In this document: in pieces, positions 1 through 7,446 of the stretch
Layout of the letters: every line of letters begins with the position of its first letter
Position numbering within the stretch: position 1 is the first letter of the stretch
From: a virus
Lineage: Duplodnaviria > Heunggongvirae > Uroviricota > Caudoviricetes
DNA: 64,000 nucleotides
Reading direction: 5' to 3' (one strand)
Virus record (IMG/VR): IMGVR_UViG_3300042892_003817
The notes under the pieces: generated by a model
What the model was told of the DNA's origin: nothing
The model's input: the letters and a program-made list of their open reading frames with translations, nothing else
The model's database searches: none
Made by a program: the position numbers and the translations under genes

Positions 1-165
1 TCTACGGTATAACAATACTTCTCCTTTATATCGAGTATTGCTGATTGCTCTTTTGCCAATCTTCTCTTTAGACTTAGCAGCAGCTGTAGCTACCTGTTTA
101 CCTAATTCACCCCCGGCTGCATAACCTAAATAATCGTATAACGATATTAATCCTGCTTCTTCCAT
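1..165 (-). CDS. Hypothetical protein, truncated at window edge (MEEAGLISLYDYLGYAAGGELGKQV...)
   Basis: Manually translated; ATG at 163-165, open to position 1; downstream of promoter 184-214. Confidence 0.6.
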   Translation of the reverse strand, partial: MEEAGLISLYDYLGYAAGGELGKQVATAAAKSKEKIGKRAISNTRYKGEVLLYRR

Positions 166-296
166 AATGATTTTATTTTATACTTAATATATGAAATACT
201 TCCTCCGAAGGCAACAGAAAATGCAGAAATATTTAATAAATTAGGGTGCCAATGCTCTCCACATAGTCCCATCGCATGTCTAAATGTCTCTACCAT
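147..296 (-). CDS. Small hypothetical membrane protein, 49 aa (MVETFRHAMGLCGEHWHPNLLNISAFSVAFGGSISYIKYK...)
   Basis: Manually translated, below ORF-track cutoff; fills gap; hydrophobic stretch then basic tail. Confidence 0.5.
   Translation of the reverse strand: MVETFRHAMGLCGEHWHPNLLNISAFSVAFGGSISYIKYKIKSLWKKQD
184..214 (-). promoter_or_regulatory. Bacteroidota sigma70-type promoter TTG-N20-TATATTAA
   Basis: Minus strand TTG ccttcggaggaagtatttca TATATTAA; same spacing at six other sites. Confidence 0.65.
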
Positions 297-306
297 ATTC
301 TCTTTC

Positions 307-615
307 TTATCCGATAGTAGTCATTGTCTTCATACTTTGCTCAATAGAGTCCCAAGTTTCAATATATTCCTTTATTGTCTTAAAGTGCTTGTTACTATTA
401 AAACTTAATAGCTCTTTTGAAACAGCTCTCAATGCATAATTGAATGTGGCTGGATAGCATACAGTTCTCAGATATGCTTTATCATCTTTACCTCTGTTTA
501 CTCTTTCGTAAACTGTATATCCTCCTGATGAAGAATGCGTAATGAAGAATGGCTCCATGATTGGATCCTCGATAACTGTATCACCTGCTGGTATTGTGTT
601 TGGATTACGTAACAT
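307..615 (-). CDS. Hypothetical protein
   Basis: 102-aa ORF co-oriented in tight gene string. Confidence 0.7.
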   Translation of the reverse strand: MLRNPNTIPAGDTVIEDPIMEPFFITHSSSGGYTVYERVNRGKDDKAYLRTVCYPATFNYALRAVSKELLSFNSNKHFKTIKEYIETWDSIEQSMKTMTTIG

Positions 616-627
616 TTGTTTTAGTTT

Positions 628-894
628 TTAGTTTAAAATAAATTCTTTTAATTCTTCTACTCCTAGTCTTCCGGATGCAGCTTTTGGTTCTACTCCCTCT
701 TGTACAACTACCGTATGAGGAATTCCTCTTACTCCGTATTCACCTGCTAAATTTTCAGGATCATTTTCAACATTAATTTCTAAGAAAGTAATCTCATCAC
801 TTTCTAATTCTTCTCTCACTTGAGTAAAAGATGGTCCGTAGATCTTACAAGGTCCACACCAATCGGCGAAAAATTTAATTACCTGCTTTGCCAT
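628..894 (-). CDS. trxA: Thioredoxin
   Basis: WCGPC active site, GIP cis-Pro motif, 88 aa. Confidence 0.93.
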   Translation of the reverse strand: MAKQVIKFFADWCGPCKIYGPSFTQVREELESDEITFLEINVENDPENLAGEYGVRGIPHTVVVQEGVEPKAASGRLGVEELKEFILN

Positions 895-1030
895 ATGCTC
901 CTTTTGATTTGTAGTGATCAGCTTTGCTGAATTTAGTTGATGATTGTTCTACGGCTTGTTTTGGACGGTTCAGTGTAGGAATCCATTCCATTAGTTGAGT
1001 ATAGATACTCTTTGCTGAATTTTTAGACAT
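875..1030 (-). CDS. Small hypothetical protein, 51 aa (MSKNSAKSIYTQLMEWIPTLNRPK...)
   Basis: Manually translated; fills gap, directly downstream of promoter 1053-1083. Confidence 0.55.
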   Translation of the reverse strand: MSKNSAKSIYTQLMEWIPTLNRPKQAVEQSSTKFSKADHYKSKGAYGKAGN

Positions 1031-1048
1031 AAATTTGATTTTTGATTA

Positions 1049-1252
1049 TTATTTAATATACGAAATTTCTTCCAGGTATCCAAGCATTATCTGATTATTT
1101 ATTCTATTTTCCATAGTAACATAATCACCTACTTTGTCTACATATTTGAATTGCTGTATCTGAAAAACTTTAGAATCATTCACACAGGTTTCCTCCCACT
1201 TGTCTGTAAGTCGGTATGTCTTTCCTCTAAATTTAAAAGTGAATTCTTCCAT
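1049..1252 (-). CDS. Hypothetical protein
   Basis: 67-aa ORF; ATG only 4 nt after promoter -7 box. Confidence 0.6.
   Translation of the reverse strand: MEEFTFKFRGKTYRLTDKWEETCVNDSKVFQIQQFKYVDKVGDYVTMENRINNQIMLGYLEEISYIK
1053..1083 (-). promoter_or_regulatory. Bacteroidota sigma70-type promoter TTG-N20-TATATTAA
   Basis: TTG gatacctggaagaaatttcg TATATTAA. Confidence 0.65.
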
Positions 1253-1256
1253 ATCT

Positions 1257-1287
1257 TAAAGATACGAAATTTTTTACATTTCTCCAA
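1257..1287 (-). promoter_or_regulatory. Bacteroidota sigma70-type promoter TTG-N20-TATCTTTA
   Basis: TTG gagaaatgtaaaaaatttcg TATCTTTA. Confidence 0.65.
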
Positions 1288-1729
1288 CAGCTTCTACTAA
1301 AGCTTTTTTAACTGCTCCTGAGAATGCAGTCTTGTTAAATGGTAAGTTATCGTCGTTCAAATCTAAGAATGTTGATTGAACTGTTACGTTTGCTTCTCCT
1401 TGACCCCAGTATTCCTCTTTTCCTATTATAAGTCTTAATTTTACAATAGTAATTTTTTTAGTTTTAGAGAATGGACCTAAAGATGTATTTGTGGAAGGTG
1501 CTTCAACTGATAGTACTTCTACTTCTACTGGAGTTCCATCTTCACATATGTCATGCTTTTCAGATAGAATTTCTTCTGTCATTTGTTTAATTCCGAATAC
1601 AACTCTTTCTTTTTTCATTTCAGGTGCTTCAACTTGTGAAGACACTTTTGTTACTTTATAACATTCCTTAGTAGTTGTATCAGCTGATACTAAAAATACT
1701 AATGCTAATAATAAAAATAATTTTTTCAT
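1274..1729 (-). CDS. Exported protein, short CsgG-like paralogue
   Basis: Signal peptide MKKLFLLLALVFLVSA; C-terminus GQGEA..LD..DD..FN....KKAL aligns by eye with GSGEA..LD..DD.KFN....KKSL of 3245-3958. Confidence 0.6.
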   Translation of the reverse strand: MKKLFLLLALVFLVSADTTTKECYKVTKVSSQVEAPEMKKERVVFGIKQMTEEILSEKHDICEDGTPVEVEVLSVEAPSTNTSLGPFSKTKKITIVKLRLIIGKEEYWGQGEANVTVQSTFLDLNDDNLPFNKTAFSGAVKKALVEAVGEM

Positions 1730-1814
1730 AATACTAAACTGTTTTATCTTCCAAAAAGGAAATTTGATACCTTATCGTAAAACCTTTCAAATAATTGATT
1801 TAATTTTTTCATAA

Positions 1815-3245
1815 TTAAAATGTCAATTTACCACCTGTTAATATTTGGTAATTTAAAAATTCTTTACCTGCTTCGTATACTCCTGTAAAACTTACATTAA
1901 ACTTAAATGTCTTAGTTATTTTTAAATCCCATGAATTAAATGGTACTACTATTATGCCAGCATCCCACCATTTACCTTCGTAGAACTGAGTGAATGGAGA
2001 GTATACTCCTAATACAAGTACGCTAGTACTAACTCTATCGCTTAGTTTAAAACTACTATGTGCTCCACCTACAGCTGATAGATTCAATAAAGCTCTTTCT
2101 CCCATTTTACCTGCTGTAAAATTGACACCAAACATTCCTGTTAGTTTGTTACTTACTTTATATGATTCTAATACTGTCGTTGTACTAAAGAAATTTTTAT
2201 CAAAATCCATCATAATGGATTGAGCTCCTACTGTGTTTAATTTTTTAGATTTATTAATCCAGGATTTATAAAAAGTAACATTTAAGTTATTAACTCCTGA
2301 GGTATAATTGAATAATACTCCTTTGATTCTAGTTCCTCTAGTATTGGCATGAGTTATACTTCCTACAAATCTAAAGTTCTGAGTTTGATCAGTATTGGCA
2401 ATAGCTACTATATCTCCTGAGGCAATTAAACTTCCTACACTTTTAGCTGCATTATTAGATTTTTTACCACCGCCTGATGTTCCTCCACCGCCTGAACTTC
2501 CTCCGTCAGATGATCCTCCATCTACAGAGTTGGATAAAGAGTTAGCTAAATTACTTCCTCCACCGCTTGAACCTTCTACAGACGACTCAGACGATGAACC
2601 TCCTGTTGAAGCTGGTTGATTTGGACTTGTAGTTTCTCCTCCTTGTTGAGGTGTTCCTGTTGAAGATCCTGTAGGTGTTCCTCCAGAAGGGTTAGAAGTG
2701 GTTTGGCCTCCTTGACTTTGGTTACCTGTTGGGCTTGTTCCAGTAGTTCCTGTATTTGTTCCTGAATTGGTATTTGAATCGGATTTTTTTTCATCTTTTG
2801 AGTTTTGGTTAGTACTACCTCCTTCACTTTGTGAAGAGTTTGTTACGCCTCCGGCTGTAGCTGTCATAGAGCTTCCCATAGATCCTCCTATGGTCGCTAT
2901 GGATTGAGCTACGTTTGTTACTGATATTACATTTGTAACAACAGTTAATGTGTTAGCAACTGTTACATTGGTTATACTATTTACAATAGCTGTAGTTACT
3001 GATTCACAAGGTGAGTTTGAATTTTGTTGAGATACTAGAGTTATCCAGTTATCGAAGACTCCTGAGGAGAAGTCATTTGCAGAAAATGTATTATGGTTAT
3101 CAAAGTAGTTTACCATTACATTTCCCCCAGCAGGTACGAATACGCTCTTGGATTGTAGTGTACACGGATCTGTATAGGTGTAGCTGTACTGGGCTGAAGC
3201 CTGTAGGAAAGCAAAGAATATAAATAAAGAAATCCATTTTTTCAT
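1815..3245 (-). CDS. Exported protein with long S/G/T/N/Q low-complexity linker and C-terminal outer-membrane beta-barrel-like domain
   Basis: Signal peptide; about 140-aa Ser/Gly/Thr-rich tract; alternating hydrophobic strands; terminal Phe (GGKLTF). Confidence 0.65.
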   Translation of the reverse strand: MKKWISLFIFFAFLQASAQYSYTYTDPCTLQSKSVFVPAGGNVMVNYFDNHNTFSANDFSSGVFDNWITLVSQQNSNSPCESVTTAIVNSITNVTVANTLTVVTNVISVTNVAQSIATIGGSMGSSMTATAGGVTNSSQSEGGSTNQNSKDEKKSDSNTNSGTNTGTTGTSPTGNQSQGGQTTSNPSGGTPTGSSTGTPQQGGETTSPNQPASTGGSSSESSVEGSSGGGSNLANSLSNSVDGGSSDGGSSGGGGTSGGGKKSNNAAKSVGSLIASGDIVAIANTDQTQNFRFVGSITHANTRGTRIKGVLFNYTSGVNNLNVTFYKSWINKSKKLNTVGAQSIMMDFDKNFFSTTTVLESYKVSNKLTGMFGVNFTAGKMGERALLNLSAVGGAHSSFKLSDRVSTSVLVLGVYSPFTQFYEGKWWDAGIIVVPFNSWDLKITKTFKFNVSFTGVYEAGKEFLNYQILTGGKLTF

Positions 3246-3958
3246 TAGTTCGGAAATATCCCCTTTTTAATCATTTTTGATACTACTCTTGAAGAGGCAG
3301 TTTCTAATGACTTTTTGGTAGATACTCCGATTGTTGATTGATTAAATTTAATATCGTCGAGTCCATCTAATAAGCTTGCCTTCTTCACTGTAACTGCTTC
3401 ACCGGATCCTGATCCAGTAATTATTTCACCGCTCTGTGCATCCACAAATCTTACTTGTAACCCTAATATTGTTTTTTGTCTTATCTCAGCTCCAGAGGTT
3501 GAAACTTCTTCATCCTCACCTATGCTGAAATCATAGACTTCTATATAAACAAAATACTTTGCTAATATAACATTTCCTTTAACTTCTATTTTATTTTCTG
3601 ATATACCCTTAGCTGAAGCTATGTGTTGAGCAATCATTTTTTGTTTTATTTCTTCTCTGTCTTCTGTAAACTTAAATCTATTTGTGGACTCTAAATACTC
3701 TAATACTATATTTGATACTCCTAAACCAACTCTTTTATCTTTTAGTTCAGGGTACATTTCATATAATTCCTCATTGATACCAATCTTAAGGATCTGAATA
3801 GGGATGACTATGTCTCCGCTATAATCAGATACAACCTCTAATGATTGCTTCTTTTCAAAATCGGCTTGGTAGACTTCAGTTTTAACAGACCCTACTTTTT
3901 GAGCAGAGCCTATTATGCTTGCTAATAAAAATAGTATAAATATTAATTTTCTTACCAT
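3245..3958 (-). CDS. csgG: CsgG/HfaB-family outer-membrane secretion channel protein
   Basis: Signal peptide; G.G.SN.....L..TNRF...E.RE and LQVRFVD..SGEI..GSG.GE patterns typical of CsgG family; ATG at 3958 in TAATG overlap with upstream stop. Confidence 0.75.
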   Translation of the reverse strand: MVRKLIFILFLLASIIGSAQKVGSVKTEVYQADFEKKQSLEVVSDYSGDIVIPIQILKIGINEELYEMYPELKDKRVGLGVSNIVLEYLESTNRFKFTEDREEIKQKMIAQHIASAKGISENKIEVKGNVILAKYFVYIEVYDFSIGEDEEVSTSGAEIRQKTILGLQVRFVDAQSGEIITGSGSGEAVTVKKASLLDGLDDIKFNQSTIGVSTKKSLETASSRVVSKMIKKGIFPN

Positions 3959-4941
3959 TAGAACCAATTTCTTGGATTAGCTTTACTTTTTTCTATTGCT
4001 TTACCTGCATTATTAAGTGCATCTTGAGCTTCTCTTGCTTTTCTATCAAGTACGTCTTGAGCTTCTCTTGCTTGTCTTTCTAATTCTCTTTGAGCTGCTG
4101 CTGCTTCTTCAGCTAATCTTCTCTCAGTTGCTGCAGCTTGTTCTGCTAATACTCTAGCTGCTTCATCTGCTACACGTTTTGTTTCTGCTGCTGTTTCTTC
4201 TGCTACACGTTGTGCTTCAGCTGCTTCTTGAGATGCTAATAAATCTGCTGCTGCTTTAGCCGCTTCTTCTGCCGCTGCTTTAGCTGCTTCTACTTCATCC
4301 GATACATCTATAGTTACTGATGCGTCTACATCTACACCAACTAAAAGTGCTAATTCACCTTCAACTCCTAATGTGATAGCTCCATCATCGTAAGTAGCTC
4401 CACCTCCAACTTCTGCTCCTGCTTGTACCCCTACAGATACTCCTGCATTTGCTTCTGCTGATACATCACCTGATTGTGCTGTTACTCCTGCTTCTACTCC
4501 TACTGATGTTCCCACTGATGCTCCTGCGTTAGCTTCAGCTCCATGTTCTCCTATTGAAGCATTTGCTTCTACTCCTGCATGTGCTTCTGCATATGCTCCG
4601 GCATGTACTCCTGCTGTTCCGTAATCAGTTTCTACTTCTGTTGAAGCTTCTACCTCTACTTTTACTTCAGCTGTTACTCCAGCTGATGCTGAAGCGTCAT
4701 GTCCATCCCATCCTGCTTGTGCTTGTGCTTCTACTGATGCTTCTGCTGTAGCGTGTGCTTCTGAATTAATATCTACTCCTTCTACAACTTCGGTTGTATT
4801 TTCTACATTGGCATGAGCCTCGGCTGATACTCCGGCATTTGCTGATACTGATGTATCTGTTACTTCTGTTCCCGCGTGTGCTTCTGCTGATGCACCTGCT
4901 TGTTCGTTACCTACTACAACTCCGATTGTTTCGTCTGCCAT
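3958..4941 (-). CDS. Ala/Gly/Val/Glu-rich beta-repeat protein with C-terminal coiled coil
   Basis: Repeats such as AGVSAEAHA, AGAYAEAHAG, AGVSVGVQAG; then A/E/R heptads. Confidence 0.7.
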   Translation of the reverse strand: MADETIGVVVGNEQAGASAEAHAGTEVTDTSVSANAGVSAEAHANVENTTEVVEGVDINSEAHATAEASVEAQAQAGWDGHDASASAGVTAEVKVEVEASTEVETDYGTAGVHAGAYAEAHAGVEANASIGEHGAEANAGASVGTSVGVEAGVTAQSGDVSAEANAGVSVGVQAGAEVGGGATYDDGAITLGVEGELALLVGVDVDASVTIDVSDEVEAAKAAAEEAAKAAADLLASQEAAEAQRVAEETAAETKRVADEAARVLAEQAAATERRLAEEAAAAQRELERQAREAQDVLDRKAREAQDALNNAGKAIEKSKANPRNWF

Positions 4942-4943
4942 TT

Positions 4944-5213
4944 TTATTTATTTTTTTGTATTAATAAATCTTCTATATACTTTTCTCTTTGATCTGTTAA
5001 ATCTTTTACTCTTTCTAATAAAATTGCTTTATCTTCTTTAGTAGTTTCCTCAATATAAGCCTTTTGAGCCTCATAGAGTTTTTGCCAATAGGCAACTCTT
5101 TCTTCCATCATCACTCCCTGGTACCAGATTATTCCTACCATAACTATTATAGTAAAAGACTGTTCCTTTAGTTTAGACAGGAATGTATCCATGAACCCTT
5201 TTGTCTCTTCCAT
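4944..5213 (-). CDS. Small single-pass membrane protein with coiled coil
   Basis: FTIIVMVGIIWYQG hydrophobic segment then charged heptads. Confidence 0.65.
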   Translation of the reverse strand: MEETKGFMDTFLSKLKEQSFTIIVMVGIIWYQGVMMEERVAYWQKLYEAQKAYIEETTKEDKAILLERVKDLTDQREKYIEDLLIQKNK

Positions 5214-5216
5214 CTA

Positions 5217-5540
5217 TTACCAAGATTCTTTTTGAGCAGGAGCTGGTGCTGGTGCTGCTTGTTGAACTGGAGCAGGAGCGGCTTTAGCTGAATTAGAGTT
5301 GTTTGATTGTTGTTTTTGTTGGTTGGTGTTGTTGTTCTCCAAATTAACATTAATGACAGGTGCTGCTGCTGGTGCTGGTGCTACTTGTTCTGTTTTCACT
5401 TCTTCTTTATCTTCTGAGTGACCTCCGAATAAAGTTGTTGATACCCAAATACCTGCTCCACCGATTACTGTAGTTAGAGTTCCGATTAAGGTTTTTTTCA
5501 ATCCTGATAATCCACCTTCGTTGTTTGTTTCTTCTGACAT
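5217..5540 (-). CDS. Membrane-anchored low-complexity protein
   Basis: TLIGTLTTVIGGAGIWVSTTLFGG segment then N/Q/P/A-rich tail. Confidence 0.65.
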   Translation of the reverse strand: MSEETNNEGGLSGLKKTLIGTLTTVIGGAGIWVSTTLFGGHSEDKEEVKTEQVAPAPAAAPVINVNLENNNTNQQKQQSNNSNSAKAAPAPVQQAAPAPAPAQKESW

Positions 5541-5543
5541 AGC

Positions 5544-6275
5544 TTATTTTTTTATTACTTTAAATGTTTTTGCGAAGTTCTTACTTCTTATATTTAATAA
5601 ATAGTTACCACTTGGGTAAGCAGTTAGATCTCCATAAGTAGTATTCGGTCCTTTTGCAAAACGTTCTTTCTTTATACTTAGTTGATTTCCTCCCATGTCG
5701 TAAACTGCAATTTCATAATCTCCACTCACTGGTAAAGACATCTCCATTGTTATAATTCCATCTGTAGGTACTGGATATACTTTTCCGTGAATTCCATCTT
5801 CATCTAAAGGAGCTGCATACCTATTATAGTTGATATAACCATCTGTATTAGTTACAGCGATATCCCACCCTTGTACATTTCCAGCTGTCTTTCTTCCTAC
5901 GGTTATAGGAGTTGTAGTCCAGTTAGGATTAAGTACTGTAAATTTTAATATGAATAATTCTGTTGGAGCTGTTACAGTATGCTGTCCATGTGTTCTATCA
6001 TATCCTCCCCATCTTACTTTTCCACTTCCGGTATCCATTGTATAGGTTAACCAGGTTTGTGCTTTTTCAGATAAAATTATTTCTGAGAATTGTAAAATGC
6101 TTTGATCGTAATTTAAAGCAAATTCTAAACTCCCTACTGCATTTCCATTTGTTAGAATAGCTACAGGTAGATCTATGGTATTAGACGGAGACACTGTAAT
6201 CCCAGGCACTTGAAATTGTACCTGGGAATAGAGTGAATTTATTGATAACAGTGCTATGATTATATAGCGTAGCAT
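5544..6275 (-). CDS. Cohesin-domain protein with type IX secretion (Por) C-terminal sorting domain
   Basis: Signal peptide; cohesin-like V..PV...GSLEF.LNYD..IL; CTD KVYPVP...IAVYDMGG...G.YLL.I......KVIKK. Confidence 0.85.
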   Translation of the reverse strand: MLRYIIIALLSINSLYSQVQFQVPGITVSPSNTIDLPVAILTNGNAVGSLEFALNYDQSILQFSEIILSEKAQTWLTYTMDTGSGKVRWGGYDRTHGQHTVTAPTELFILKFTVLNPNWTTTPITVGRKTAGNVQGWDIAVTNTDGYINYNRYAAPLDEDGIHGKVYPVPTDGIITMEMSLPVSGDYEIAVYDMGGNQLSIKKERFAKGPNTTYGDLTAYPSGNYLLNIRSKNFAKTFKVIKK

Positions 6276-6276
6276 A

Positions 6277-7368
6277 TTAGTTGCGTCCTGTTCCGTTTGC
6301 GTCTCCTAATACTAGAAGATAGTAATTGGCTGCTGTTGTATTGTTAATGTTAGCTGATAAGAATGTTGCTACCCCTGGAATTGTTGCTGACTGATCTGTT
6401 GTAGCTGCTGCAATAGTGTTGTATTGAGCTTCTGTAAAGAATAGTAAATCAGGTGTGTTTGGGTAAACTGATAAACCTTGAGCCAATCTAGAGAATACTG
6501 TATATGAATCTGAAATTGTTATTCCATTTGCTTGGTTAGGGTTAGCAGTATAGAATTGAGTTCCAGTTGGAGCTTGTATTCCTGTAGCGATTTGAGCAAT
6601 CATATTTGCATCTGCTGCTGCTAATGCTCCTGGTGCTGTTAATCCTGGTGCTACTTTTACTCTAATTTGCCAGTAGTTTTGATCTAAGTTAGTTGTGAAT
6701 GATGCTACTCCTGTTGTAGTTGCTGTATTAACTGTCATTACATCTACCCAAGTTGTTCCGTTTGAAGATTTTTGTAATATTACTGGAACGTCTGAAGCTG
6801 GGTTGGTTGGATCATTTAAGAATGTAGCAGCATAGTTAAATACTGGTTCTGTGAACGCTCCTCCGTAATTATGTAATCCTAGTGTAGTATCAGTTCCATT
6901 TGCTAGAGTACCGTAAGCCGGGTAAGCTGTCGCTCCTGTAAACGCCATTGCTGTTACTGCACCGTTTGTATAACCTGCTTTAAATGGTAAAGCTACGTTG
7001 AACATTGCTCCGTCAGCAATATTGAAAGCAGCATCTGCTCCTGTGTAAACCCATGTAACTGTTACATTTCCTTCAGTAGCATTTACTAATGTTTGGAAAT
7101 AATTGTTTGCTTCAGTTCCAGTGTAAGTCACTGTAGGAGAAGCAAATACGTTTTTGTCGTACCAAAATCTGTACTGTACTGCTTTGATAGCTGTAGAACC
7201 AGCATTATCATAATAAATTGCAACGTTTGTAGGTGTTGCTCCAAGTGGTGCCAGGTTGTAACTAGCGTCAAATATTAAGTAAGGCTTAGTAGCATCAGGT
7301 GCGATAGTTTGTGCAAATCCTGTTAATGATACTAAAACTAAACTCAATACTAAAAGTAATTTTTTCAT
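6277..7368 (-). CDS. Exported cohesin-like + Ig-like + dockerin-like protein
   Basis: Signal peptide; AVQYRFWYDKNV cohesin-like strand; ANPNQANGITISDSY dockerin-like loop; C-terminal half paralogous to 7447-8445. Confidence 0.7.
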   Translation of the reverse strand: MKKLLLVLSLVLVSLTGFAQTIAPDATKPYLIFDASYNLAPLGATPTNVAIYYDNAGSTAIKAVQYRFWYDKNVFASPTVTYTGTEANNYFQTLVNATEGNVTVTWVYTGADAAFNIADGAMFNVALPFKAGYTNGAVTAMAFTGATAYPAYGTLANGTDTTLGLHNYGGAFTEPVFNYAATFLNDPTNPASDVPVILQKSSNGTTWVDVMTVNTATTTGVASFTTNLDQNYWQIRVKVAPGLTAPGALAAADANMIAQIATGIQAPTGTQFYTANPNQANGITISDSYTVFSRLAQGLSVYPNTPDLLFFTEAQYNTIAAATTDQSATIPGVATFLSANINNTTAANYYLLVLGDANGTGRN

Positions 7369-7429
7369 TTCTTTTGTTTTTAAGTTATTTTTATTTCACA
7401 ACCGGGTGCTTATGCACTCTCATACCTTT

Positions 7430-7437
7430 TATAAATA
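7430..7437 (-). promoter_or_regulatory. TATTTATA motif (putative phage late promoter), representative copy
   Basis: Same octamer upstream of many operon starts (see findings). Confidence 0.55.
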
Positions 7438-7446
7438 GTACTGATT

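Noticed and set aside
2400-2900. Curli subunit (CsgA/B) repeats in the S/G/N/Q-rich linker
   Set aside because: Lacks the regular ~22-aa S-x5-Q-x-G-x-G-N-x-A-x3-Q periodicity
3219-3942. TATAAATA copies at 3219-3226 and 3935-3942
   Set aside because: Fall inside Phe/Ile/Leu codons of signal peptides; expected by chance in AT-rich hydrophobic coding sequence
3959-3967. ORF-track TTG start for CsgG (MVLMVRK)
   Set aside because: ATG at 3958 overlapping the upstream TAA gives a cleaner signal peptide and fits the TAATG coupling pattern
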